Source: an uncultured Planctomycetota bacterium (GTDB lineage: Bacteria > Planctomycetota > Planctomycetia > Isosphaerales > Isosphaeraceae). Taken from it: DNA of 64,000 nt. Made by a program: the position numbers and the translations under genes. The stretch spans positions 468,287 through 532,286 of the forward strand of contig CAWJTV010000036.1 in assembly GCA_963845755.1 (NCBI GenBank), given 5' to 3'. The notes below the pieces were generated by a model that was not told where the DNA came from, searched no databases, and saw nothing but the letters and a program-made list of their open reading frames with translations. Every line of letters starts with the position of its first letter. Position 1 is the first letter of the stretch. Below are positions 22,523-34,106 of the stretch, piece after piece.

Positions 22523-23946
22523 ATGCACTTCAACGAGACTACTCCCTCCGTCCAGCCGGACCTTGGGCATCAGGGCGCCTGGTGGAAGGAGTTGACGCGA
22601 TACCAGTGGTTCGTGTTCATCGTCGCCTCGCTGGGCTGGCTGTTCGACACTATGGACCAACAGCTCTTCAACCTGGCCCGTCAACCGGCGATGACGGAAC
22701 TCGTCGGCGCGACTGCCGGCGATCCGTCGGCAGCCGGTAAGGTCGCCGAGGCGGCCGGGATGGCCACGACCATTTTCATCGTCGGTTGGGCGATCGGCGG
22801 CTTGATTTTCGGGATCATGGGCGATCGGATCGGCCGGGTCAAGACGATGATGATCACGATCCTGTTGTACTCCGCCTTCACCGGTCTGAGTGCACTTTCC
22901 AGGGGAGTCTGGGACTTCGCGGCCTATCGATTCTTGACGGGGCTCGGTGTTGGTGGCGAGTTCGCAGTCGGAGTGACACTCGTCGCGGAGGTGATGTCGG
23001 ATCGGGCCCGACCGCACGCGCTGGGCTGGCTTCAGGCGCTCTCGGCGATCGGGAACGTCGGAGCCGCGATCTTGAGCCTGGGCATGACCCGCCTGGAGGA
23101 GATCCATGTCATCGGGAGTTACTGGCGCGGAATGTTCTTGATCGGCATCGTCCCGGCTCTGCTGACGATACCGATCTTCCTCCGCGTCAGCGAGCCGGAG
23201 AAATGGAAGGCCGCGGCCGCCAAGCGCGCCGCGAGGCGGGACGAGGAATTGGCGGATGCTTCCCCTCAACTGGGCTCGCTCCGCGATCTCTTCGGCACTC
23301 CCCGATGGCGGCACCACACGATCGTCGGAATGATACTCGCCCTTGCCGGTGTGATCGGACTCTGGGGGATCGGCTTCTTCAGCCCGGACCTGACCCGCTC
23401 CGTCTTTCGCGCGTCCTATAAAGCCCAGGGACTCAGCGACGGCGAAATCACGTCCAAGCTGAACTATCTGGCCTCGATCGTGTTCCTGGTCCAGAACATC
23501 GGTGCGTTCTTCGGTATTTACGCGTTTAGCAAGATCACTCACAGGCTCGGGCGCCGGCCAACCTTCGCCATCTTCTTCGTCCTCGCGATGCTGTCAACGG
23601 GTTTGACCTTCGGCTTTGTCGGGAAGGTCTTCGGCTACTGGGACGTCTTCTGGATGATTCCGCTGATGGGTTTCTGTCAGATCGCCCTTTTCGGTGGTTA
23701 TGCCATCTACTTCCCGGAGCTCTTCCCCACGCACCTGCGGAGTACCGGCACGTCGTTTTGCTACAACGTCGGCCGCTTGGTCGCGGCGCCGGATCGACGG
23801 TCCTCAAGCTGCTGGAAAGCCGGGTGTTCAAAGGCTATTCCGATCCGGCACGATTCGCCGGCATGGCGATGTGTTGTGCCTTCCTCATCGGGCTGCTGGC
23901 CTTGCCGTTTGCCCCGGAGACCAAGGATCAGCCACTGCCGGAGTGA
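22523..23946 (+). CDS. MFS transporter (frameshift near 23790)
   Basis: LGWLFDTMD, GDRIGRVKT, RFLTGLGVGGEF, ELFPTHLRSTGTSFCYNVGR and terminal PFAPETK. Confidence 0.92.
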
Positions 23947-23958
23947 ACGAGGACACCC

Positions 23959-25269
23959 CTATTCGGGTCTTGGAGTCGGGGCAGCCGGAGGAGCCCCGGA
24001 CTTCATCTCGTGGAGGAGAAGCTCGCGCAGCTTCCGTTCATCGAGCTCGAGATCGCCTTTTCTGGAAAGTTCCTTCGCCCAGAAATCGACAAGGTCCTTC
24101 AGCACCTGATCACCATGGGCGGTGCTGTCCATTCGCAGCGACTTCAGCAGATTGGCGTTCTGCTGGATCGAGCCCGTGATTTCCTGAAGAGCAGCGTGAA
24201 GTCGGTCGATCTCTACGGTTTTCTTGACGACCTCATTTCGGCCGACGATCAGGCGATCTCCCGGGAAGAGTTGATAGTTCAGACGAGCGTTCCCCTGCTC
24301 CTGAATCGCGGCGAGATCGACCTTGTAGACCTTGGCCGGCATGTCGCCGCGCCCCGGCCGCACCAGCCGAATGTCCTTGGGCTCGGCCGTGGGTAGCAGG
24401 CCGCTGGCGTATTGCAATGCGTCGAGTACGGTCTCGTGCCCGGTCCAGGGCAGCTTGCCAGGGACCAAGACATCCCCAAGCACATAGTAGTTTGCGGAGT
24501 TATAGGCCGTGACGTACACCATAACGCTAAGACTTTCCTCCGGCGGCACAATCCTCCCTGGGCTTTCAGCTTGATCCCGATCCAGCCCCGATGGCGGCTC
24601 AGCCGGAACCGGCTCGGGGAGGGACCGAGCTCCCTCGATCTTGGTGGAGACCTCCGTCTCCCCGAAAGGACTCCTTGCCGGAACAACGCCCTTGGGCGCG
24701 GGCAGATCGAAGGGACCGTTCGCGGGCGGCTGCTCTTCCTCCGCTTCGATCATGGGGGAGGATACCAGCCCCAAGGTCTCATCGTCGAGATACTTCCGGA
24801 GATGCTTGATGAGAGCGACTTTGATCTGCTGGGGAGTCAACCCTCTGACGTAGACCTGACCGTAAAACCCCACATCAATCTTCCCATCGGGTTGGACCAA
24901 CCGCGCTCCGCTGATCGGCCGGCCGGGCAGAGACTCGAGGACTTCAACGAGGACTTGATCGGGTGGCTCGACGATGTTGGGAAGGCTGATCATCGCCCCC
25001 TCGTGAGGGGGCGGGTCGTCGGGGATCGGCGGCCGGGGATGAGGATTGAGGTCGTAGGCCGCCAACATCTTGTCGATCTCATTCTTCGCGTTCGATCGGT
25101 CTTTGATCGGATCCGATCGCGGCGGATGGGCTTTGTCGGTTTCGGTCACCGGCCTCCCGGCCTTCGGCTTTTCTTTCTCCTGCGGTCCGGCCGCGACCGC
25201 CACCACGATCATCAACAGCGCACCGGAGGCGCACAGAGACACAATGAATCCCAGCGATCGTCGGAACAT
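23959..25269 (-). CDS. Polysaccharide biosynthesis/export family protein (Poly_export + SLBB), copy 1
   Basis: IVEPPDQVLVEV..LVQPDGKIDVGFYGQVYVRGLT, YYVLGDVLVPGKLP..ETVLDAL and NYQLFPGDRLIV. Confidence 0.88.
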   Translation of the reverse strand: MFRRSLGFIVSLCASGALLMIVVAVAAGPQEKEKPKAGRPVTETDKAHPPRSDPIKDRSNAKNEIDKMLAAYDLNPHPRPPIPDDPPPHEGAMISLPNIVEPPDQVLVEVLESLPGRPISGARLVQPDGKIDVGFYGQVYVRGLTPQQIKVALIKHLRKYLDDETLGLVSSPMIEAEEEQPPANGPFDLPAPKGVVPARSPFGETEVSTKIEGARSLPEPVPAEPPSGLDRDQAESPGRIVPPEESLSVMVYVTAYNSANYYVLGDVLVPGKLPWTGHETVLDALQYASGLLPTAEPKDIRLVRPGRGDMPAKVYKVDLAAIQEQGNARLNYQLFPGDRLIVGRNEVVKKTVEIDRLHAALQEITGSIQQNANLLKSLRMDSTAHGDQVLKDLVDFWAKELSRKGDLELDERKLRELLLHEMKSGAPPAAPTPRPE

Positions 25270-25380
25270 GGACGTGAGCCCTTCGCGTTGAAGTGGAAGC
25301 GCGATCATCTCGGAAAACGAAGGATCAGTCCGCACAGTAACGGAGACCGCGCATCAACGCAAGCATGACGAAGACGCGAG

Positions 25381-25456
25381 GTGCGCAGTCTTCCTGACCG
25401 GGATGCTCGCGCTGCCGTTCGCTCCCGAGACCAGGGGACTGTCACTCTCCGAGTGA
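25381..25456 (+). pseudogene. Duplicated remnant of the MFS 3' end
   Basis: Translates CAVFLTGMLALPFAPETRGLSLSE*, versus the MFS end CCAFLIGLLALPFAPETKDQPLPE*. Confidence 0.8.
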
Positions 25457-25468
25457 ACGTGGCCGCCC

Positions 25469-26990
25469 CTACTTGGGTCCTGGAGCCGCGGGCCCTTGAG
25501 GAGCGGTAGGCTTCAGCTCGCGAAGGAGAAGTTCGCGCAGCTTTTGCTCATCGACCTTGAGATCACCCGTTTGAGAAAGTTCCTTCGCCCAGAAGTTAAC
25601 CAGGCGCTTCAGCGCCTCATCACCTTCAGGCCCCGGGCTGACGACACCCAGCGACTTGAGCAGATTGGCGTTCTGTTGGATGGAAGCCGTGATCGCGTAA
25701 AGTGGCGCGTTGAGCCGGTCGATCTCGACGGTCTTCTTGACGACCTCATTCCGGCCCACGATCAGGCGGTCGCCGGGGAAGAGTTGATAGTTCAATCGAG
25801 CGTTCCCCTGCTCCTGAATCGCGGCGAGATCGACCTTGTAGACCTTGGCCGGCTTGCCGCCGCGCCCCGGCCGCACCAGGCGGATGTCGTTGGGCTCTGC
25901 AGAGGGTATCAAACCCTGGGCGAATTGCATCGCGTCGAGAACGGTCTCATTTCCGGTCCAGGGCAACCTGCCTGGTACCAGCACATCACCCAGCACATAG
26001 AAGTTCTTCGAGTTATAGGCGGTGACGTCAACGAAGATCCGGTCGTTTTCCTCCAGAGGCACGATCCGCCACGGGCCTTCGTCCTCAGAAATGGGGGGCG
26101 GTGCCGGTTCCACCGGCTGGGGCAGAGGTAAGGGTAGGGGACGACCGCCTTCGATATCGATCGTGATGGTCACACGCCCCTTGCCGGACGACTCGATCTT
26201 GAGCGGATTCTGCTCGGCGGCAGGCGCATCCCGATCTTGAGAGGCGACGCGGGTGCCCAGTGCCCGGACCGGTCGAACCGCGATCGGGCTTCGGCTTCCC
26301 CGCCGTACGACGCGACGCCTCGCCGAGGAATCACGGCGATCGAACGACGCGCGGGGCTTCTCGGGGTTCTTGGACGGGTTCCCCTCGCCTTTCGGAAGCT
26401 CCGGAATGGCCGGCTGTGGCGGCGTGAGCGGCTTGTTGGCGGCGGGTTGCTCGGCTTCCTCCCCAAAGTCCGACGTCATGAGGCCCAGCATGTCATCGCC
26501 GAGATACTTCCTGAGGTGCTTGATCACCGCGATCTCGATCTGCTGGTGTCTCAAGCCGCTGACATGGAGCTCGCCGTAGAAGCCGAGGTCGATCGTACCG
26601 TCTGGCCTTACCAATCGCTCTCCGGAGATCGGCCGGCCCGGCAAAGCCTCGAGCACCTCGACGAGAACCAGATCAGGCGGCTCGATGATATAGGGAAGAC
26701 GGATCATCGCCCCCTCATGCGGGGCTGGGTCGTCCGGGATCGCTGGCAAGGGGTGGGGCTTGAGATCACCCGAGTCGAGCATCTTGTCGATCACCGCTCG
26801 GACCTGGGCGCGCGAGCCCACGACAGCGACCGTTTGCCCCGGTTGGTTGAACTGGGGGCGGCTGGACCTGCGGCACCGGCGACCGGGCCTTTTCTTTCTC
26901 CTGCGGTCCCGCAGTAGCGGTGACGACGGCGATCAGCATCATGGAGACAACAAGCGGCGAGGCGACGCGCGCGAACGATCGTCGGAACAT
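25469..26990 (-). CDS. Polysaccharide biosynthesis/export family protein, copy 2 (frameshift near 26830)
   Basis: Same motifs as copy 1, with an identical KVYKVDLAAIQEQGNARLNYQLFPGDRLIVGRNEVVKKTVEIDRL. The N-terminal MFRRSF signal is in another frame. Confidence 0.88.
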
Positions 26991-27118
26991 GGACGTGAGC
27001 CCTTCGTGTTGAGTGGAAGCGCGATCATTCCGAAGAACGAAGGATCAGTCCGCACAGTATCCGACACCGCGCATCAACGCAAGCATGACCAAGACGCGTT
27101 GCACGATTGCGCGATCGA

Positions 27119-27913
27119 TCAGAGCACGAGCCGTGCGGCGTCGCGGTCGAGGTACAGCTTGGCGCCGGGATGCCGGCGCAGGGCCGTGGCGGGACACGCC
27201 TCATTGATCGGACCGCGGAGTGTGGTCAGGACGGCGTTGGCCTTGCGCGGGCCGGGTACGATGACCGAGACCAAAGGCGCCCGCAGCAACGCGGGGATCG
27301 TTAGCGTGTAGGCGTGGGTCGGCACGTCGGCAAGACCCTGGAAACCGCCGTCGTGGACTTGCTGGTTCCGGCAGGCGGCGTCGAGCCGCACGACCTTGAC
27401 GAGGACCGGATCCAGGAAATCGGCCACCGGCGGGTCGTTGAAGGCCAGGTGCCCGTTCTCGCCGATGCCCGCACACACGATATCCGTCGGCTCGGCTTTC
27501 AGGAGATCCTCGTAATCCAGGCAGGTCTGGAGTGGCTTATCCGTCCGCTCGCCGGGGATCAGACGAAGCCGTTCCTCGGGCAGCGCGACGAGCCGGAAGA
27601 GGTGTTCCTGGAGATAGCGGCGAAACGAAGCCGGGTGGTCGGCGCCGATTCCCAGGTATTCGTCCATGTGACAGGCGACGACGCGCGACCAGTCGATTTC
27701 CTTGTGGGCCACCAGGCCGGCCAGGAATTCGTTCTGGCTCGGTGCCGCGGCGAAGACGATGTTGACGCGGCCGGCGGCTTCCTGCCGAGCCTGGATCTCG
27801 CGCGCGACGCTCCGCGCGGCGGCACGTCCTGCCAGCGCCCGGGTCTCAAAGACCACGACCTCGAGAGAGTCCACGAAGAAGCGAGCAATCGTCGTCGGCT
27901 CGGACGAATTCAT
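27119..27913 (-). CDS. nagB: Glucosamine-6-phosphate deaminase/isomerase family
   Basis: FAAAPSQ, HMDEY, GIGENGHLAFNDP and ACPATALRRHP. Confidence 0.8.
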   Translation of the reverse strand: MNSSEPTTIARFFVDSLEVVVFETRALAGRAAARSVAREIQARQEAAGRVNIVFAAAPSQNEFLAGLVAHKEIDWSRVVACHMDEYLGIGADHPASFRRYLQEHLFRLVALPEERLRLIPGERTDKPLQTCLDYEDLLKAEPTDIVCAGIGENGHLAFNDPPVADFLDPVLVKVVRLDAACRNQQVHDGGFQGLADVPTHAYTLTIPALLRAPLVSVIVPGPRKANAVLTTLRGPINEACPATALRRHPGAKLYLDRDAARLVL

Positions 27914-28107
27914 GACCCGGGGTCCTGCGCGAGAAAAGGGACAGGTTTGCGACCATCCGGAGGCTCCGGCGATCCTTGACCGATCGGCCATGCAAAACTT
28001 ATCCCAATTCTTGCACCGATTCCACTATTCCGCGAGAGTTGCCGCGCGTCCGAAGTCTGCAATCCGGAATCGCGAATCCCGAATCCCATCCCGGCGGCCA
28101 GTCCGCG

Positions 28108-28323
28108 TCAGGTGGTGACGAGCTGGCGGGCTGCACCGGCAGGGATCGGGCCGGTGCGGAGCTGCTCGCAGAGTTTCTGGCACTGGTCCAGGTCGCCCAG
28201 CAAGGACTCGGCCAGGAACGTCTCCGTGGCCCGGTCGCTGGTCCACTGGAGCTGGTCGTGGCAACGCGCCATGTGTTCAAGCAAGTCTTTCATCCAGAGC
28301 AGTGTGTGACGCCGATTCCTCAT
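28108..28323 (-). CDS. Small hypothetical helical protein
   Basis: RBS aggag upstream; MRNRRHTLLWMKDLLEHMARCHDQLQW..LLGDLDQCQKLCEQL. Confidence 0.55.
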   Translation of the reverse strand: MRNRRHTLLWMKDLLEHMARCHDQLQWTSDRATETFLAESLLGDLDQCQKLCEQLRTGPIPAGAARQLVTT

Positions 28324-28729
28324 CGTGAGGTGCTCCTGCACTCGCCTCGATTGACAGGCGAAAAACCCGGTTCATTCCCATCATGCGTCTCCAACCGATC
28401 TCCAGGAACCATAAAGAGCTCGGTCGTCTCCTCTGGCCTGGGTCGGTCGCCGATGCACGAGGAAAACGCAAAGCGCGTGCCGACCTGCGTTGAACGGTCT
28501 GACCGCATACTACAAACTGTTGCGAGTCGCAAACTTGAGGAAAAACGACCAAAGTCGCCAGGAATTCGATGAGGATGGCTTATTGTAAGGGTTACACAGG
28601 ATCCCGACCGAGGCCACACACAGGCGCCTCCTTGGCAATCTGACTCTCGATTCGTGGCTGACGGCTTTTCTGTCATCGCGGTAGGCCTTAGACTGGATAG
28701 GGGATCGACGAAACCGGGGGGGATCGGGC

Positions 28730-29644
28730 ATGGCGGCGTGGCAAACGGCCTCGACCTCATCGACGGATGTCGGCGGACAGGCTCCGGGCCGGCTACACAC
28801 CTGGCCTCATTCGCTGATGCGCTGGCTGTTCGGGGGCGGCGAGGAAGAGCACGCGCCGTCGGTCTCCTCGGTCACGGTTGCGCGATTCCAAAACATTTGC
28901 ATCAGCCGGGAGGCCGGGGCCGGCGATGACGACGTCGCGCGACTGGTCGGGCAACGCCTGGGCTGGAAGGTCTATGACCACGAGTTGATCGAGGCGATCG
29001 CTCATCGGATGGGCGTACCGGTCGATGACGTCCGCACGCTCGACGAGCTGGCGCCGAGCGTGGTCCAGGACTGGCTGCTCCCACTCAGGGAGGAATACTA
29101 CGCCCCTCAGGAGGCGTATCTCGACCATCTGGCGAAGTTGATCGAAGCGATCGGCCGGGCCGGCGAGGCGATCCTCGTCGGTCGCGGGGCCGGCTTCATG
29201 CTGCCGCGCGAGACGACACTGTCGATCCGGATCATTGCCCCGTTGAAGGTCCGTGCCCAGCGGCTGGCCGAGCGGATGGGCGTTTCAGTCCGCACGGCGC
29301 GTCGGGCCGCGCGAGACCTCGATCGCCGCCGTCTCCAGTTCGACCGGACCATGCATCGCGCCAACTCGAACGATCCCCACAACTATGACCTGGTGCTCGA
29401 CTCGCACAGTCTTGATGTGGAGATCGCGGCCGCGATCATCGTCCACGCCGTTAACGTGGGCCGCCGGAACAGCCCCGTAACGGGTCCCCTGCTCCGCGGA
29501 CCCTCCGATCACCCGCCCGTGAAACACGACGCTCCCGGCTCGTGGACGACCGCCCGCCAACCGCTCCCGGCTCCCGTTCTGTCGCCTCTACCACAAGATC
29601 CAACCATCCTACCGAAGACCGAACAAGGCGCAGAGTCCGGCTGA
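28730..29644 (+). CDS. Cytidylate kinase-like family protein
   Basis: ICISREAGAG..LGWKVYDHEL, ILVGRGA and DPHNYDLVLDS. Confidence 0.85.
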   Translation: MAAWQTASTSSTDVGGQAPGRLHTWPHSLMRWLFGGGEEEHAPSVSSVTVARFQNICISREAGAGDDDVARLVGQRLGWKVYDHELIEAIAHRMGVPVDDVRTLDELAPSVVQDWLLPLREEYYAPQEAYLDHLAKLIEAIGRAGEAILVGRGAGFMLPRETTLSIRIIAPLKVRAQRLAERMGVSVRTARRAARDLDRRRLQFDRTMHRANSNDPHNYDLVLDSHSLDVEIAAAIIVHAVNVGRRNSPVTGPLLRGPSDHPPVKHDAPGSWTTARQPLPAPVLSPLPQDPTILPKTEQGAESG

Positions 29645-29790
29645 TGTCCGCCTCGGCTCGGGCGGTTGAATCGAGCGGTCGGACAGACTCAGGATGGATT
29701 GCCGTGCTGCCGACGAAGCTCCCGAACGATTTTTTCTACGACCCGATTCCGTGGCAGGGGAGAAGCTGCGGAGAAAAGACGCACATCACG

Positions 29791-30444
29791 TCAATCCGGT
29801 TCGATGCCCAAGTCGCGGAGCTTCGCAGCGTACCGCTCGGCGCGTTGGTGTTCGGCATCGCGCTGCTCGCGGACCTCTTGGTAGGTCAGAAAACGCTCAC
29901 CATTGCGGCCGATGATCGTCAGGTTGTCCGGGCCCTTGCCGGGCTCGAACCGGATCCCCAGCCGATGGCTGACAAATCCCCGCATCCGCGCGATCGGTTT
30001 CAGCTCACCCCTTTGCCGGCGCCAGCCTTCCAGCGAGCCGTTAAAGGGATTGTAGAGGTAGTATTCCTCGACCCCGTACCGCTGATAAAACTCGAACTTA
30101 CGATTCAACTCCCCGGCGCGGTTGCCCGGCGAGCGCACCTCGAAGACGACCTGGGGCGCGATGTCGTCTTCCTCCCACTGTTTATAGGAGCCTCGTAAAC
30201 CTTTGGGCCGGCCGAAGGCGACCAGGACATCGGGCGCGCCGCGGATCTTCGGCTTTCCCTCGACGGCGTACCACAGGAGATTGCCCGCAACATACACGTT
30301 GAGGTCGTCCGTGAACTGGCCCTCCACGCCCTCTTTGATCACGACGATCCACTTGTATTGTAAGTCATGGTCCGACATGGGCTTTCCGTCGCTGTCGGGA
30401 TACTCGATCCTGGGGCGGGGTCGGGAGGGTGTCGAGGTCGCCAT
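29791..30444 (-). CDS. Uma2 family endonuclease
   Basis: YPDSDGKPM, APDVLVAFGRPKG, PQVVFEVRSP and FYQRYGVEEYYLYNP. Confidence 0.9.
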   Translation of the reverse strand: MATSTPSRPRPRIEYPDSDGKPMSDHDLQYKWIVVIKEGVEGQFTDDLNVYVAGNLLWYAVEGKPKIRGAPDVLVAFGRPKGLRGSYKQWEEDDIAPQVVFEVRSPGNRAGELNRKFEFYQRYGVEEYYLYNPFNGSLEGWRRQRGELKPIARMRGFVSHRLGIRFEPGKGPDNLTIIGRNGERFLTYQEVREQRDAEHQRAERYAAKLRDLGIEPD

Positions 30445-30524
30445 GATCGTCGAAACCTCGGAGGCGATCGGGATGGTGAACAGATCGTAGTATCGCAGAC
30501 GCCAGCAGTTTCGGCCAGGCGAAC

Positions 30525-31397
30525 CTACCGCAGCGCGACGATGCTCAACCCATAGCGGTCGGCCAGTGCGATGACCTCGGGCTCGTCGAGGAGGATGGTC
30601 CGGCCGGCCTCGATGGCCAGGACTCGGGCCCCGGCCTTGTGCAGGTTCTCGATCGTGGTGACGCCGACGGTCGGCACGTCGAAGCGCATGTCCTGCTTCG
30701 GCTTGGCGACCTTCACCAGCGACCAGCCCCCGGACCGGCAGAGCTGCCCGGCCCGCTCGATGCAGCGGTCTGTCCCTTCGATGGCCTCGACGGCGAGCGT
30801 CGCCATCTCCTTGACGGCGACCGACTGGCCGACGTCGAGCCGGCCCATCTCCCGGGCGAGGGACCAGCCGAATTCGATATCCTTCCGCTCGCCGGGCGTC
30901 GGCACACGGCGCGTGAGAATGCCTTCCTTCACGAGTAACTCCGGACAGAAGTCGAGGGCCGAGGCGAATGTTATCCCATCCCTCTCGAACTCGGCGATGA
31001 GGCTCAACAACAGGCTATCGTCGCGGTTATCGGCGCGGTTGCGACGATACCACCACAGGATCGTACGCAGATCGGGGCAAAGCTGGATGATTCTCCGAGG
31101 GGTGTACATCACATTCTTCGTCACCTTACCCGCCATCACGATCTGTTCGACGCCTTCGCCACGAAAGGCCCGAATCATCCGGCCCAGTTTGGCCACTCCG
31201 ACGACCTGGAATGAAGTGCAGAGGGCGTGGAGCTCCTCGGACGCCTCGTAGCGAATCCCCACGCAGGCGACGCTCAGACCCTGTCGGCGCGCCGCCTCCG
31301 CGAAGAGGATCGGGAATCGTCCGCTCCCGGCCAGCAGCCCGACGGGTCGGGCGGGGCGCGGGTTCGATCGGACTGACTGCGGCTTGACACCGATCAT
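30525..31397 (-). CDS. lpxI: UDP-2,3-diacylglucosamine pyrophosphatase LpxI
   Basis: GLLAGSGRFP, MAGKV, LDVGQSV, AVEAIEGTD and KPKQDMRFDVPTVG. Adjacent to lpxD. Confidence 0.9.
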   Translation of the reverse strand: MIGVKPQSVRSNPRPARPVGLLAGSGRFPILFAEAARRQGLSVACVGIRYEASEELHALCTSFQVVGVAKLGRMIRAFRGEGVEQIVMAGKVTKNVMYTPRRIIQLCPDLRTILWWYRRNRADNRDDSLLLSLIAEFERDGITFASALDFCPELLVKEGILTRRVPTPGERKDIEFGWSLAREMGRLDVGQSVAVKEMATLAVEAIEGTDRCIERAGQLCRSGGWSLVKVAKPKQDMRFDVPTVGVTTIENLHKAGARVLAIEAGRTILLDEPEVIALADRYGLSIVALR

Positions 31398-31452
31398 GCT
31401 CACGACCGTCCACTCCTGAGAGGTTGCCAAAGACTCAACTCGAAATCCTCGC

Positions 31453-32590
31453 TCATCCTCCGAGCGGATCATCCACCGACCGCGAGGGTTCCGGAGCATC
31501 CGCGCGAAGATGCACCGCGCCAGGTCGGATTTCGGTAGGGACAGGTGCCGCGCCGGAGAGCAAGGCGACCTGGGCCGCGAGCTCGCGGTGCTGGCGGTAG
31601 ATCTCGGGCAACCGGGCGATCATCTGGAAGATGCGCCGTTGCTCGCGGACCGGGATGGCGGGCGAGCCGAGGACTTGTTGCCCGTCGGGGATGTTGCGAT
31701 GCACGCCGGCCTGGGCTCCGACGATCACTCCGTCGCCGATCCGCGTGTTGTCCTTGATCCCGGCCTGGCCGGCCATGACCACGTGGTCGCCGGTCTTGCA
31801 GCTTCCCGCGATCCCGACCTGTCCGCAGAGCATATTATGCCGGCCGATCTGGTTGTTATGGCCGATCATGACCAGGTTGTCGATCTTGGTCCCCTCGCCG
31901 ATCCGCGTGGCCTCGAACGTCGCGCGGTCGATCGTGCAGTTGGACCCGATCTCGACGTTGCTCCCGACCTCGAGGCGGCCGGAATGCGGGACCTTGACGT
32001 GTTTTCCCTCGACCTGGCGGTATCCGAAACCGTCGCCCCCGAGCACGCTGCCGGCATGAATCTCCACGCGGTCGGCCAGGACCACATTCGGATACAGCAC
32101 GACGTTGGGATGGATGATACATTCTCTCCCGAGTGTGCAGCCTGCCGCCGATGACGGCCCCGGGATGAATCGTCGTGCCGTCGCCGATCACCGCGTCCTC
32201 ACCGACGTAGGCCAGCGGATAGACCGCCACGTCATGACCGATTCGCGCCGTCGGCTCGACGCAAGCCCGGGGATGGATGCCCGTCCATCGGGGCCTCTGC
32301 CCGCCGCTCAGATGGCTGCGAACGGCCAGGAACGCCGCCATCGGGTCGTCGACCTCGATGACGGTCAGGTCCTTACCCATCTCTTGCGGTCCCACGGGAA
32401 AGTGAGGCCCGACGATCGCTGCCGACGCGGGCGACCCCCGGAGAAGCCTGGCGAACCGCTCGTTCTCGATGAACGTGATATCACCCGGTCCCGCCTCGCT
32501 CACCGGGCGCGCCGAGCGGATCGAGACGCTCCCATCTCCGACCAATCGACCGTGAACCAGTTCCGCCAGTTGTTCCACCGTTGCGACCAC
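31453..32590 (-). CDS. lpxD: UDP-3-O-acylglucosamine N-acyltransferase (frameshift near 32140)
   Basis: N-terminal LpxD domain (AGPGDITF), hexapeptide repeats, GGDGFGY, IDRAT..TKIDNLVMIGHN and CGQVGIAGS. Confidence 0.93.
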
Positions 32591-32873
32591 GAGCGATTTC
32601 CTTTCTTCCCTGAAAGGAGACGAGGAGGACCAGGCGGTCGCAGGTCGAGCAGGGTGGGTTCTCGGTTCTGGTCCGTTCTGCCAAGAATCGATGTGTTCCG
32701 CAATCGCGAATCGGGGTCCGGCCCTCCAGGCCGTTTCGCATGCTAATCCATCCGGTCAGGTGCGGCAAGGCGAGTCGGTCGGCTCAAGAGTGCCGAGCGA
32801 CCTCAGGCTAGGGAAGCCGGATCCCTTCCCACCGCCATAGCTCCTGATCAGACACTTCCATCCGGTCTGTTTG

Positions 32874-32900
32874 ATTCATCCTTCATCCTTCATCCCTCAG
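32874..32900. repeat. Short heptamer tandem repeat (TTCATCC)n
   Basis: ttcatcccttcatccttcatccctcag in intergenic DNA. Confidence 0.5.
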
Positions 32901-32957
32901 CCTTTCTTCGAAGATCCACCTCCGTCTCGATCAATCGTCCGATGTCGGCGGACCACT

Positions 32958-33674
32958 TCAGTCCCCGTTGAACCGCGACTGCACCAGAGCCGTCAGGTTC
33001 GGTATATGCGGTAAATCGGCCGGTCGCATGGTGCCGCGATCGAGCCACAGTCCGGACAGACCCGCTCGGATCGCACCACGCACGTCATTCTCGACATCAT
33101 CGCCGACACACAGCACGCGATCGGGCGGCAGGCCGAGGTGGTCGCAGGCGGCCCGGAAGAACGACGCATGCGGCTTCCGGAAACCCACTTCCGACGAAAT
33201 CACCAGGGAGTCCACCCACGAGGCCAGCTCGGGAAGTCCCTGCACGACCCCTCGCAATCGTCCATCAAAGTTGGAGCCGACGCACAGATCGATGCCCATC
33301 TCCGTGAGGGCCTTCATAGCCGGAGCCACGTCGGGGAAACAGCGCCACGACTGCGGGCGGCTGAAATGCTCCCACAACTCGTCAAACGCCCGGTCCGGCT
33401 GAGAGATTTCGGGCAGGACGTCATAGACGATTTTCCGCCAGCGGCGACGCTCGGTCGCCTCGTCGGTCGAGAGCACCCCCTGCCCCGCGTGCACCTCGTC
33501 ACTCTGGAAATGCACGTGAAAGCGAGTCCGAACCTCGTCCGGCTCCAGGTCAACTCCCTGCCGACGCGCCGCCGCGGTATAGGCCGCGGCCACCGAGGGA
33601 TCCGGTTTGATTAAAGTTCCTACCGCGTCGAAGACGATCCCCAGAATACCGTCCCACATCGGCCCCTCATTCAT
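32958..33674 (-). CDS. HAD-IA family hydrolase (REG-2-like)
   Basis: FDAVGTL, SNFDGRL, SSEVGFRKP and VGDDVENDVRGA. Confidence 0.9.
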   Translation of the reverse strand: MNEGPMWDGILGIVFDAVGTLIKPDPSVAAAYTAAARRQGVDLEPDEVRTRFHVHFQSDEVHAGQGVLSTDEATERRRWRKIVYDVLPEISQPDRAFDELWEHFSRPQSWRCFPDVAPAMKALTEMGIDLCVGSNFDGRLRGVVQGLPELASWVDSLVISSEVGFRKPHASFFRAACDHLGLPPDRVLCVGDDVENDVRGAIRAGLSGLWLDRGTMRPADLPHIPNLTALVQSRFNGD

Positions 33675-33870
33675 CGGCGTTGCTGTTCCTTTTTTCACCA
33701 TCCAGGAAGAAGCGCCCAGACGGGTCAGTCCCAATTCCAGCGCGAGAAGATCCGTCGACACTATAGCCTGGGTGGTCTGTGTCAACATTATGGGCGAAAT
33801 AGTCTCGGAAGAAAGTCTCCACTGTCGCGGATTCCGCACACCCGCATGATCGTCAACGGGAGCCCAAACC

Positions 33871-34077
33871 ATGAACGCTCCGCATCTGCGCCTCACGAGC
33901 CATCTGCGTTCGAGTTACGACTCATCCGTGCCCGAGTCCCATGCGGAGGCGCTCCATCGCCGCCACGTGCTGGACGCCGGACAACGCGCCTTTCGCGAGT
34001 GCACCGAGGGCCGCGTGAGGCCCGATCCCGCCGAGCTGGCGTTGCCGGGGCACCGCATCAGCCGTGCGGCGCCGTAG
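33871..34077 (+). CDS. Possible small hypothetical protein (68 aa)
   Basis: gggag RBS ahead of the ATG; fills the gap between the HAD gene and tsaD. No motif. Confidence 0.3.
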   Translation: MNAPHLRLTSHLRSSYDSSVPESHAEALHRRHVLDAGQRAFRECTEGRVRPDPAELALPGHRISRAAP

Positions 34078-34106
34078 CCGGGTGCGTTCCGGGGCACGGC
34101 TGGCCC

